From Moniliella sp. 'wahieum' (Eukaryota), in contig RSEE01000050.1 in assembly GCA_003971905.1 (NCBI GenBank), forward strand, positions 124,001 to 188,000: 64,000 nucleotides of DNA. The letters run 5' to 3'. Shown here piece after piece: positions 14,301 to 26,351 of this stretch. Under the pieces are notes generated by a model. The model searched no databases. It worked only from the letters and a program-made list of their open reading frames with translations, and had not been told where the DNA came from. A program made the position numbers and the translations under genes. How positions within the stretch are numbered: position 1 is the first letter of the stretch; every line of letters starts with the position of its first letter.

Positions 14301-15066
14301 GCACAAGAACCGATTTTTTGGCTTATCTATCCCAGGAGAAGATGGAGTATATAGGTGCACTGTGAGCATTCCGTTCCAAAGGACAACAGTTGTACGAACC
14401 AGGTGGGAGCCCATGGTACTAAGGTGACAGGGTCGAGAATGCACCCAAAAGAAAAGTGTCCCTCCACGTCCCCTTCCATCATCAGTCTCTTCCCTGATCT
14501 AGCATCTGTTTTGTATGTCGTAGACTGGATCTACTTTCCCCTGCCCTCTTTGGTCACAGCTATATATGCTTCCCTCGAAGCGCTACTCCTGGTATAGACC
14601 CACTCTGACAGCTCTGCCATTGTGCATGCCGCACTCAGTACAATGTGCCAATGATGACAATGTCTACGCATCCATCTAACCCACTTCTATATGCCTGTGC
14701 CCGACCGACCCGGCCCAGGTGTTTGCTACTGCCCCATATCACACGGATCTGTGCGGCGTGAGCTACTAAGCGGTATTTTGCATTTGATGCGGTCGACATG
14801 TGATAGCGGGCATAATATAACCCTTCCACAGCAGCATCTAGTCATGTGCCCCGCCTGAAAGACACCCTCAATACCAGCCGCTCTCACGCCCTCATGCTTG
14901 CCCCCCGTCTCGTCTCTCCAACCACGGCGCTCGCCTTTCTTCCCTCTCCCGCTCAGACCACCGCGCGCACGCCCCACATCCCGTTACTATATATACTAGA
15001 GTCCTTCTTTTTCTTCCACGCGCTCTGCTCTGTCGAACCGCTCTCCCCCCCACCCGACGCTGAACA

Positions 15067-17806
15067 TGTCGTCGACGTCCGAACCATTGCTTACGCTCCA
15101 TGCCCCCTCTCCTGTGGGGATCCGTCTGTGCGGCCAGTCCCATTGACAATCTTCGCGCTGAACCCAACCGAGGCAGTCCAGGTGCGCATCGCATCCGACA
15201 TCCGCTTTTCGCTCCAAGCCGTCGACTCTTCATCAGATGGCTCAAACGTACTCTTTACGAGTCAAACTGCTGCTCAGCTCAATGCGTTTCGTTCCCTCTG
15301 TCGCTTTTTCCTCCATCATGACATGCTCGTCCTTCACTCCTCTCCGGCTACGTGTGCCGATATCCAGCTCGCCCTTGTTCGGGGGCAGGCGCGGGATGCA
15401 CAACCCACTCCCCCCCCAACACCATCCATCAGTATGTACCCCTTATCAACGTAATACTTGTGATCTTGAACTTGAGACTGATCAGCACTACCAGGCCAAT
15501 TGTGGTACAACAGCAAGCCATTCACCTTTCCGGCCGCGGTGGTTCCCTTTTGTTGAGTGGACATTTCCAGGTGTCGTAACCTTACACTTGACCCCAGTAG
15601 CAAATGAAAACGAGCACGGCGCGCTGCTCACCCGCTGGACGGAGCAGGTCCCGGCTGCTACTTGGCCTCCCCGCTCTATCCCACTGGACCAGGGAGGGTC
15701 ACAGCCGTGGCGCGCATGGGCCATGCAAGCGCCCATCCTCCTCTTGGGATGGGTGGTGGCCTGGTTCGCAAGTCCGGGTCCGTTGTATGCACTGGCATTT
15801 CCTTCCGACCGTGTGCTACCCCAAGCTGAAGACAGCCCGTTCACCCCTCCTAGTCCAAATGGAGAGGGCATCCAGAAGCCGGGCCTCCTCACTCGGTTGG
15901 TTCATAGTGCACTGAAGGCCTTGTGCGCGATCGCACTCGGGTGAGGTTCCCACGCGTCCGCCCCAGTAGGGGGGTTGGCCACAAATGTTTTTCCATCTCC
16001 CCTTGATTTCCCGGCAAAGTTCAGCAGAGGAACGAGCGGCCGAATATGCAGCCAAGATGGGTTTGACCCGTCCAAAGATGCAAGAGAAGGCTTCCAATCG
16101 CTCCCCTCCGAAACCTTGGTTGCGGATTCCAGCCCCAATTCAGGTGTTTCTGTCACCTCCAAGGAGCCCCCTTCGCCTGTGGGTGTGGTGCAATTGCAGC
16201 AGGGGTCGATCCCAACGGTTTCACTAGCGTCCTCTGGTCCAGAGGGCACACAGAACCAAAACGAGCAAACACAAGAAGAGCAATTTTTTCCTCCTACCTT
16301 GTCGTCCATCACGAAGCAGACGGGGGAAGAAGGTGGTGATGAAATTCAGCAGATCGTCCCTTTGGGCGTGCGGGGTCGTCACTACTTGAGGACAGTCCTG
16401 CCACTCTTCCTTCAAGCATGGAGAAATAGACGGATCAAAAAACAGGATGAATGCGCCCCCGTCTCATCCTTCATTTGGCTGGAAGGAAGCAGCCGTACGG
16501 GACTGGACACCTCGCGTACCCTTGGGTGTAAAGAATGATCGGATTTGGGGGTATATACACAGCAAGACCGACCCTGCTCAACAGGTGAAAGACGATGAAT
16601 TTCCTCCCGGTCCAGTTCAAGTCAAACAATTCCCTCGTCTCCCCTTTCTGAATCCCTATGGTGATGAAAGCTTTCAGGACAGTTGCAGCATCACCCCTTT
16701 AACTTCTGCAATGGCACAGGAACGACATTTGCCCCTGCTTCCTCTGTCACACGTACATGCGAGGAAAGCAAGCTATTTGGCCGTTGTACCTCACTACTAC
16801 CCATGGTGGAAACAGAACCAACCTTTGTCCTTCTTCTAATGGCATAAGAAGGCTTTCTTCCTGCCAAGGGACAGGGACCCAATGCCATTTTCGTACTGTG
16901 CGGTGATCCATCCACTTTTGCTCCAGCGGCTGGCTCGCCAACGGCGGTGGACCCCTTTGTTGGTCATACGAATGGCGGTAGTACACCCGCTAATACCAAG
17001 GCAACTGCGTCTGATACGTCTTTTACATCCACTACGTCTACCAAAACGGAGCAAAGCTTCAACATCGAAAACTCACCCACTCTGTCTGGCTCAACAGTTG
17101 ACCAGAGGAAGTGGCGGGGAAGAGTACGTCGGTTCCTTGTGAAGGATGGATTAGTGGCCGCAAAAAGAGACTAGCGCCTGCTCTCATCGCAGAGGGTAAA
17201 CGGTATTGGGCCCTCCACCAGCCCGTACAACAGACGGACTGGAGGGCACCCTTATTTTCCCTGTCGAGTCGCGCGTGGCCCACGTATTACCCCTATGCTA
17301 TTGGTGGTTGGTGCACGCCAAGTCGGGGCCGCACCTCCGCCTGCCGAGGAGAAACGCGTTCATATGACTAAGATGAAGTGGAAGAGGGCTATCTCGACCA
17401 TGTGCTCGCCAGCACTAAGCAGCCAGAGGAGGCAGTGGTTTCGGTTTGCTTGACGTCCTCATCTCATCCAGATTTAGACTCTATTGGTCCCATACGGACG
17501 ACTGTGGCTTCATCGGAAATAGGGTCACCACCTCAAGTGGAGAAAACCCAGCGTGATACGGCCGGTACGCTTTCCTCGCCCGTTTTGGATGGCTGCGCTA
17601 CGGCAGGAGAGCAAGAGGCCACTGAAGCCGGCCCGGACACTCATGGGGGTGAACATGGGCCTGGCCATCCCCTCTCCACGGCTGGTCCACCGCCTACATA
17701 TACCGGACTAAGCCGTTCATCCAAAAGGGAAAGAACCGGTCTGGGTCTGGCGGACGAAAGGGCAAGAAATCCCGTGGGAAGCATTAAGGAGATCGTTACA
17801 CCGTAA
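15067..17806 (+). CDS. Hypothetical protein(s), largely Ser/Pro/Thr-rich; boundaries and gene number uncertain
   Basis: Chain of same-strand ORFs (14846-15454, 15237-15944, 15975-16538, 16447-16839, 16947-17174, 17378-17806) with a plausible GTATGT...CTGATCAG intron near 15432-15485. No family motif recognised. Confidence 0.45.
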
Positions 17807-18842
17807 TTTAGCTTCCTCAACAGGCGATTATCGATCTGAGCCTCGGGCCCCATAAGACAGTTCCTTTTGTTCCTAACTCTCTTCTTGACTCCCTTTCACC
17901 CTACCCTATCATTCACACGCCTCGACCGTGCGTCTAGATTCGTTCGCCACTGTGATATACCTGCCTGTTTATTGAAGATTGTTGATTCTCGTACCTGTAT
18001 CTTCCGAAGTAGCTTGTCCGGCTCTAATTGTGCGAAGCACACACAGATGGGCCCGCCTTGCTCGCGTGATTGATTGTTCTGTGGATGCTGTCTCCCAGAG
18101 GGGCACCTACCTTTATCCCAGCATGAGAGCAGCAGCAGCCCTATAAACGGTATTAAACGTCCGCTCCTTTCTTCGTATCTCGTCTGAACTGGGTAGTACC
18201 CCCAGACGCCTTGGCTGATTGGGTAGTGTCCTTTAGCATAACGTGAATAGCAAGCGTCCCTGCGCTAGGGCTGAAAACGTGACCTCCCTGTAGACCATCC
18301 CGCACACATTTCACAACAGGAGATTGTATATACACTTGCGCCTAATTTTTTTGTCAGTGTGTTCCTCCATTGGATGGCCTTTTACAATGCACAAACAGGT
18401 GGTGGTCGGAGTGTGTTTTGGCCGCTACGTAATAGCCACCCCCCAAAAACTGCTTGTACGGCCTGGCCTCTTTTCTCCTCCTCACACTGTTGTGTATATC
18501 GCAGGTCACACACGTGAGAGGCAGGTTAAAGTACAGCACACGTCGATCTTTGATGGGTGGGCTTGAAATTTGAAGGATGATCGATGATGCAGATTGATGC
18601 AATAGAGAAGGCAGTCGCAGAGCCAGAGGTGGCGGGGCATGGGGGGGATATATAAATTCGTAAGACGGCTGGTTGGGTCGACTGCAAAGCTCTCAGCTTG
18701 GCAGCGTGATTTGCTGTTACATGGTATCGATTATCGATCATGCCCCCGCCTCTTCTCTCTCTGCATGTGGCCGACAGGGCGACGAGGATGGTCCATGATT
18801 GATTCGATTGAATATTGATGGTGGTGAGTTGCATGAGTCAAG

Positions 18843-19590
18843 CTAGTCACTAGTCACTAGTCATGATGCATGTCGGTCCGATGATTGAGATGATCAATGA
18901 CGCTGACGTCGATGACATGTGACATGTGACAGGTGCCAATGTGACATGGACCTCTCGACGACACGATGACATGCGTTGGCTGACCAGCTGACTCGACCGC
19001 ATACCGCAGGAAGCAACGAGCCCATTGCCCCGCCTGGGCGCCAAGCGCCGAGACAGGTGCCTGAAGCGTAATGCACTACTGCCAAATCAGTCTACGGACC
19101 TATACCTGGGTTAGATCTTAGATCCTAAGCCTTACAAATTCAAAGCAAATGGTTCAATTCAACGTTCAACGTTCAGTTCAAGTTCAACGTTCACGCTCAC
19201 GCGTCACGTTCAACGTGTATATGCAGGCCCCACGCTAGGACAAGCAAACAGGCTGGGACCTCCGCCTGAGGCCGGAGGACTTGGCTCAGGCGCTCAGGCC
19301 TGCTGATCCCGGTGGCAGGAAGTACAAAAAGTACTGAGACCCAGTGCTCAATATGCATGCTTGGCGTCCCTGTCACGTGTCACGTCACAGGCCACATGTC
19401 ACAGGTCACATGTCATACTGCTTGATGCTCAATAGCATTGAGGCCAACATTTGCCCCAAGGAGGCACACGAAGATGGATGGAAAAGGGGTGCAGCAAGCC
19501 ACAACAGCCACGCCGGGGCTAACCAGCAACTATAGCTAACTACTTGGATCAATCGATCAGGCCTGAGCGCCTGAGCCTCAGGATCAAATC
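18843..19590. repeat. Cluster of heptamer micro-arrays with different cores
   Basis: (CTAGTCA)3 at 18843-18863, (TGACATG)2 at 18913, (TCAACGT)2 at 19159, TCA-CGTG/CATG/CAGG at 19372-19415, degenerate GGCC/GCGC units at 19260-19300 and 19557-19582. Confidence 0.8.
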
Positions 19591-20161
19591 AGAAGTGGAG
19601 AAGACGCATCTAGTCGTAGGCAAAGAAGCACTAAAAGTACAAGATCATCGATCTGGGAACAGTTTGAATTGAGACCACACAGGTCTTCGGGTTCGTTCGT
19701 TTTCGTGACGCGGACAACTGGAGCCATCCTATCAGTGTATCAGGTATCTGGCCTCAGGTCTTTCCTTGTTCCTTGGAAGGTTGGCCTTATTAGTTGGAAT
19801 GGAAAGAGTCCGACCAACGATGATCGATGAGGACCCAAAAGCAAACGTCTTGGTACGAGGTGATCCACATGACATAGGGTGGCAGGCGCGGCACGCATCG
19901 AAAGGGGCTTCAGAGCATATCGTGTTTATGATGCTCTTTGACAGCCTAGACGCTTGACCAGTTGGACCAGCTTCAGCCTGACCGCCAGCTCCTCCACCCT
20001 TCCTTGCGCGTCCGTGCCCCAAACGATGCGCATGCATGGGGAATTGTGTCGCAGACCCGAGTCCGTGAGGCTCCAACCAACGGCGAACGAGAATAGCGGA
20101 ATAGTGGACAAACAGGGTTGGGCCTCTCGCTTGCCATGAACAACACGACTGCATGACAAAC

Positions 20162-21132
20162 CTAGATAAGCCTGGCGAGCATTGGGGTGCAGCCAGATGG
20201 GTAAAGCAATGAGGCGGGCTTAAGGCTTCGCCGTGCGCGGACATCCACGATCCGTTCCACCCAGTCCGTAGGCGCACCTTCACGGATGATATGGAGACGG
20301 TAATGCCTGCGGGCATCGTACTTGCGTGCGAATGCCTTGTGGCACGACGCATCGGGACAAACAAACGGCCGCGGATGGTCGGGCTCATGGACCGTCTCGT
20401 GTGCCAGGCGGTTGTAGTTGCGGGTAAACACTTTGCCACACTTGGGCACGGGAAGCGTGCGTCCTGGTTCCGTCTCCGAGGGGGCGAACGCCGCACCTTG
20501 CTCCGTCGTGCCGAGATAAGCCAGTTGCCTTGCTCGACGCTGCGCTCCTTGTACGCCCAGCTGTAGAGCCAGGACTACTGGGCGCAATCGATTTGCCCTC
20601 GGTCAAGCTCGGCGTCGCCGCCGTGACCGTCGCATCCTCTCCACTCTCACAGAGAGAAGGCTCTAGCCCCTCCTCCTGCGTAGGCGATTCGATGAGATTC
20701 AGGGTTGAGACGGAGGCATTGTCCGATGTGCCTGGGAAGGTAGCACTGGTAGGTGTCATGGTGGTAACCGAAGATTCATCCACCGTCTCTGCCAGGGCTA
20801 AAGAAAGGTCAGCTTCGTGTCGTGCACAACACTAGACACTCAAGAACGTACCGCAGCCAACTCGTTCAATGCTGTACCGGTAAGCGGGGAGAAGCAACTG
20901 CTCGAAAGGGGCGGTACGGTAAAGGCCGAAGGGGTGCAGCGCACGACTCGCCGAAACCGAGGGCAGGGGGGAGTAGGAGGGAAAAGCACTGATGGAACGG
21001 CGGAAATTATAGGCAACAGCAAATCAAACATGCTTGCATTGGTATTCTGAGGAGGTTGGTTGGGGTGGGCAGGAAAGAGGTGTTGGATTGGAGGAAAGGG
21101 TTGAAAGACGAGGTGGTCGTCGGTGCTTGCAT
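20162..21132 (-). CDS. C2H2 zinc-finger transcription factor with two fingers (start codon uncertain; intron ~20798-20851)
   Basis: CGKVFTRNYNRLAHETVH-EPDHPRPF-VCPDASCHKAFARKYDARRHYRLH, preceded by a Ser/Thr-rich region. GTACGT donor and CTGAC...TTTAG acceptor are present. Confidence 0.85.
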
Positions 21133-24100
21133 GCCCAAGTACGTTTCATCCCCCGAGCGGCGGGGACATGTCGGGCAGCGTGGCAAACAAATCGGGGCTC
21201 ATGTTGCTCAGGCTAGTGGAGCTGGACAGGCCGGGGGTGGAGTGCGGCGAGGCGTAGCCATCTGGTCCTTATTCGGCAGGCGGTCCGAGAGGGCGAGAGC
21301 CAGCCCATCGAGGTGGGGGGAGTGGATGGTTGACAAGGGTGTCGGGCGTGGATAGACTGTCGGAGCTGCTGGAGCAGATGAAGTTGAGTGGAGAGATGGG
21401 ACAGAGACGGGCGGGTGGCGCGCATGGACGGGGAGCAAGACATGGCCTAATAGCGCGGGCGAGGGCGAAGGCGAGGGCGACACGGATGAAGGGGTGTAGA
21501 GGGAGAAGCGAGACAATCCAATGAGCACAGGCCCGACGAAATCCTCGTGGAGCGTCTGGGAAGCAGAACGGGAGGCAGGAGGTGGGGCGGGCCGGCGGCT
21601 GGGAGGGTGGGGCGGGCTGCGATATGCAGTTTTCTCACCCCGTGGGAGTAGCTTATACTCGTTAGCACCGAAATGGCCGGCACACACGCACCTCCGTGGA
21701 CCACCCGGGCGGGGGGGGGGGGGGGGGCACGGGGCCAGTCAGGCCCCAGCGTGTCCTGGCGGCCGACAGACGACGCATGACCGGGATCAGGCGCCCCATG
21801 GGTGATCTACACAACCGCTGATTCGGAGGAGGCAAATGTAATGACTGATTGGTCATTGGTTCTCGGTCAGCCTGACCGGCCCTACCGGTGAGCGTCATCT
21901 CTCTCTCTGCTGCTCCGATCATTTCGATCATCCGGTCACTGGTCACCGGCCGGTCACCGGTCACTGAAGAGGCCATCTGGGCACGCGTCCCGCATCACGC
22001 GGCCGTGCTCGCGACTGTGGCAGGACGCACCGGTCCTCCGCCCTCGACCGCCGACCACTGTGGCCATCGCGGTCATCCATCCTCGATCCTGATGCTCTCG
22101 GTCATCAGCGTGACGAACGAACGGCTCGGCCAAAGTCGCGTCACATGTTCATGTCATCACACATCGTGTGGGCCATGCCCCCGGCCTGCGAGCAAGACCT
22201 GGGCATTGTCGCTGACATCCCGGCCGGGGAACCCACGGACGGCAGGGGGCAGTCAGGCAGAGAGAGAGCAGGATGGCTGCGGTCGCCCGTGCCCCTGACC
22301 GGTGACCGGTGACCCAGGTGTAGAGTTTGGAAGGCCTCGGGCCTGCCTCTGATTTTTTGCTCGTTGACATTTTTGACATGGACCGTTGGACATTACTGAC
22401 TGCTGTTTTCGAAATGAGACCGACATCAGCCACGCGAGAGCGCGGTGCACCGCGCCATGGTGAAGAACCCAATGGCTGGCACTGCCTTCGATTGACACGC
22501 CCGCTCCGTCAATACGCCAAGTGCATCACGGATACCAGGCGGGAATTATGCACCGTCTGCATATCATGGAAATGATTCTTCACCATCCCGCATTATATGC
22601 AGTTCCCCGGGAAAAATTAAACGCCACATGCCACTCCCCGCTTCCCAACAAGGAGAAATAGGATGCGTGTGTCTTTGTCATCGATCGCGAATATCGTAGT
22701 TGGTATTAAAACCGAGACCAGCTCTCCACGCAGTCCACACCTCGTTTGCTTCAAAAACCCGCTGGCAGGTGCGATGCGATATCCGTCTCCTTGCCAGTGA
22801 CACGCCATTAAACATTAAACATTGTGAATCTTGCGACCAGATACTTCCGAACGCGTCGAACTCGACTCAATCTATAGCTCTGATTACGATTAGGCAGGGG
22901 CACACGAGAACCACTTCGACCAACAGACTCGCCCATCCACCACGAGAACCGAATAGATGGTGTTTTAGTACCGTAGCTAATCATATGCTGTGGTCATTGC
23001 ATTTACAAAGCTTTTAAGGGTGGGAAAAAAGAAACGCGCTCTATTAAAACCGAGCGCGTGTATTATGGTGCCTAACGCCGATTTACCGAGGAAGGCGCCA
23101 GACGGCAACTCGGCTGCCCACCTAAACCCGATGGGCTTGGGTGCGGCGCCAGGCTACGAACTGTAACATACAAAGCCTTCTGAAGGCTTGAGAAGCTTGG
23201 AGCTCTTGAAGTAGGTGATGCATGATGCGCTCTTTGAAGCTCCAAGCTTCAAACGGAACAGTGCATTGAGTTTCAGTCTCTTTCTCGGGCCGCGGCGCCA
23301 CGGTGACGCGTCAGCGCTCGGCGAGCATAATAGCCGCGTGGTATCTAACACGCAGTAGCGCATCTATCGCCTATCTGCCTTCCTCATCCTTAGTGAACTT
23401 CCTCCCCCTCGCACTGCGCCACTCGATGCGAGTGTGAGCGATGGTAGCGTCAGCGTCCGGGATGCATGGGTACATGAGAAAACCAAGGAGCGTGGCCAAT
23501 AGGCTCACTTAGTAGTTGGTTTGGATAGGGTCTGGAGAAAAAGAGGTGCAAGATCCAAGACGGAGAGCCTGGAAGAGCCAAAAGTCCGTTACCCGGTTTC
23601 GTGCCAGATGAGATCTAGATCCAGGTCTCATCGACTTCAAGCTTCAGTCCTCGTGTGTGTCTCAACAACAACGTATCATAAACTAGGTACAACGGGGACA
23701 ACGCGACAACGATCAATGGTCCCAACAGACGCTCTGAAAGCCACACAGTCAGAGAGGTCATCGATTTCTCGGCCCGAGCGGCATATACCGGCCTGCATGA
23801 CATGCATGACCTGCGTCATGTGACTAGTGACTAGCACGACATACACGTCCTACGACCATTATGACGTACACGACCAGCAAGACGTACAACCAGCATGACC
23901 TACACGGCCCAGCGTAATGCATAACCTGTGCATGATCTGCTTGTGGCAAACCGTGGAGAAAAGATGAGGCCATTCTAGGAGAACTGTGATCATGCGTGAT
24001 GTGGAGTACGAGATCCCGATTGGGCATGGACGTGTGGGGCTGCCCGCGGGGGGAGCCCGCGCTGGTAGTGACTAGTGACTACTGAGTGTACGCAGTGGCA

Positions 24101-26120
24101 AGTCATTCAGTCAGTATTCAGTTGACTACTCAGTTACTCAGTAGTGAACAGGGCGGGTTTCAGACCAGGGAGGACTGTGGGTCGCTATATATATGCACGA
24201 GGAGACCATCGGGCCTCCGGCACGGTCAGTTAGGGCTTCGGTGATAGATGATGGACGGAACGGTGGCAGGCTGTGGCGCAACAGACCACAGGCTGCCAGC
24301 CCGCAGCTCGGCGGGGAAGACCTGGAAGACCCACTGGTTCAAGGTTCAAACGTAGTTCAAGCTCAAGCCCAGTTCATCTTTACCGCATGAAGGGCAACAC
24401 CGCGGAGGGGCATTCCGTGGTTTCAATGACACGGACGGGTGTTGTGGGAGGTAGAATAGTCAAAAAGTCTATATTCAGTACTGAACTCAGTGTGTAATCA
24501 GTACTCCCAGAATACTGGAGGGTGTGGCCCTTTGGAGAGATCAAAGACTTCCTTTTTTGGACGTTGGACGTGGCACTTCGTATGTTTTATTATCCTTGGC
24601 TGTGGACATTGAACTTGTGGGACTGATACATTAGCAGTGGGTTGAACGTGTTGGAGACGTCCTCGAAGCGTTGAAGCTTGAAGCTTGAAAAGCGTCTTCA
24701 AGGAGAGCCGCATAAATGGATTGTTTAACCCGCCGCGGGTGCCAGATATGTGTGCCTCCCAAACGACAACCCCATTGTGTGTCGTGTGGGAAAATGCGCG
24801 TTTTTTTGCGCGACCCCAACTAAGGCTAGTATAACCGCGGTGCCTCCACCCCCAAAGTCAGAGAGTTGAGGAAATCAACGATGAAACAACTGGATAGCCC
24901 AAAAACTTGAGAACAGTCAACGCGCCCGTGAAGGTCGTATAGCCACAAAAGCCACAACCCAATGCCTACAACAGTCCTCAGGCCTCACAGCAGCCCACAC
25001 GTGTGTGTAGTTCCCCCCCGGGGCTAGGCCCTAGGGTTGTCGGTTAGGCTGCTGATGGCGCTGATGCTGATGACCTGCATCAGCGCCATTTGATGAAAAC
25101 GCGTAATCACAGTGTAGTTAAGCGCGTAACGTGTATTAACACGTACACGTAATAAAACACCACACCACAGAAAATGTCATCGGTTGAGCATTGTGATGCA
25201 CATGTGACCGATCCTCGCGGGCAGGGTCCGAGATATGAGAATTTCAATGGACCCCTAATTGCGCGAGGGGTTGATACTGCAGTGCTGTTTTTCTTCGGTT
25301 GGAGAGTGGAACAGATATTGCGCGCACAACACAGCAAGACGAGTTCGTAATACCGTGCAAAGGGTGAGCGCGGCAAAAAATGCTCTACGACCGTAGGGAC
25401 CCAAGGATTTCGGTGGAGAACCTCTGGAAATGTAGATGGCAATGCAATCGCGGTGGGGGCTGTCAAGGCCTAAAGCCTTTTGCCCCTAGAGGAGACTGTG
25501 GTGTTGGAACAAGCCGACGGAGTATAGGCGTGAGGCTTCGGAGGCCAAATTGGACAAATAAGGGGAAAAGGGTGATAATCAACAAGGCCTACGGCCTAAG
25601 GCGCCTTGGCCAATGTAACCAACCCGGCCAGGCACGCTTATCATGATGGAATTACATGGACAGATCCACATCTACAGCCATCTAGAGCTGTTGAATTGAC
25701 GGATACTGCATGATGCGTGATGCGTGATGCATGATGATGATCATATTGTCGCTGCCTGTCTCAAAACATCATCGTGTCATCGAGTCTGCCACCACGTATC
25801 ACACATGCCATTGACAGACATCCCCACACACAGACGCCATCAACGCATCCCCTTTTCCAAGATACACGCGCACGATAAACGGAAAGCCTCTCCAGTGCCT
25901 TGACTCGCTGATTCTTCGAGGCTGACGCTGACCGCTGAGAGACTCATCGGCCGACGTTCCCCGTTCAGCCAAACACTGGCCCAGAGCGCGCTGCATTCCC
26001 ACAGACAATTGCTATACGAGGTTTGAAATTTGATCATCTCATCGATCCTCTGAATCTGATTGATCATCTCAAAAGATCTCAGATCCCAGAATCGCCTACC
26101 AGAGATCTCAAGTTGAGACT

Positions 26121-26160
26121 TCAAGCTTCAAGCTTCAAGCTTCAAGCTTCTCAAGCTTCA
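26121..26160. repeat. Heptamer array (TCAAGCT)n, the longest example of the intergenic T(C/G)A + 4-mer arrays
   Basis: TCAAGCT x4, TC, TCAAGCT, TCA read directly from the sequence. Confidence 0.9.
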
Positions 26161-26351
26161 AGTCTCAAGAGCGTGTCACCACACGTCACGCCGAGCGTCA
26201 ACACAGTCGCTCCTGCCAAGCCAATTGCACTCCAACTCCGACACATCGAACGCCACAGGCGTCTGAACGAACTGAACGGAGTACGGAGCCCCTGGCATCA
26301 GAATGATCAAACTCAAAGGAGTGATTGATTCAAACCACACATCCCCCAATC

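Noticed and set aside
23034..23059. Hairpin ACGCGCTC-TATTAAAACC-GAGCGCGT resembling a rolling-circle origin
   Set aside because: The loop does not match the TAATATTAC/NANTATTAC nonamer, no Rep gene is nearby, and an 8-bp stem can arise by chance in 64 kb.
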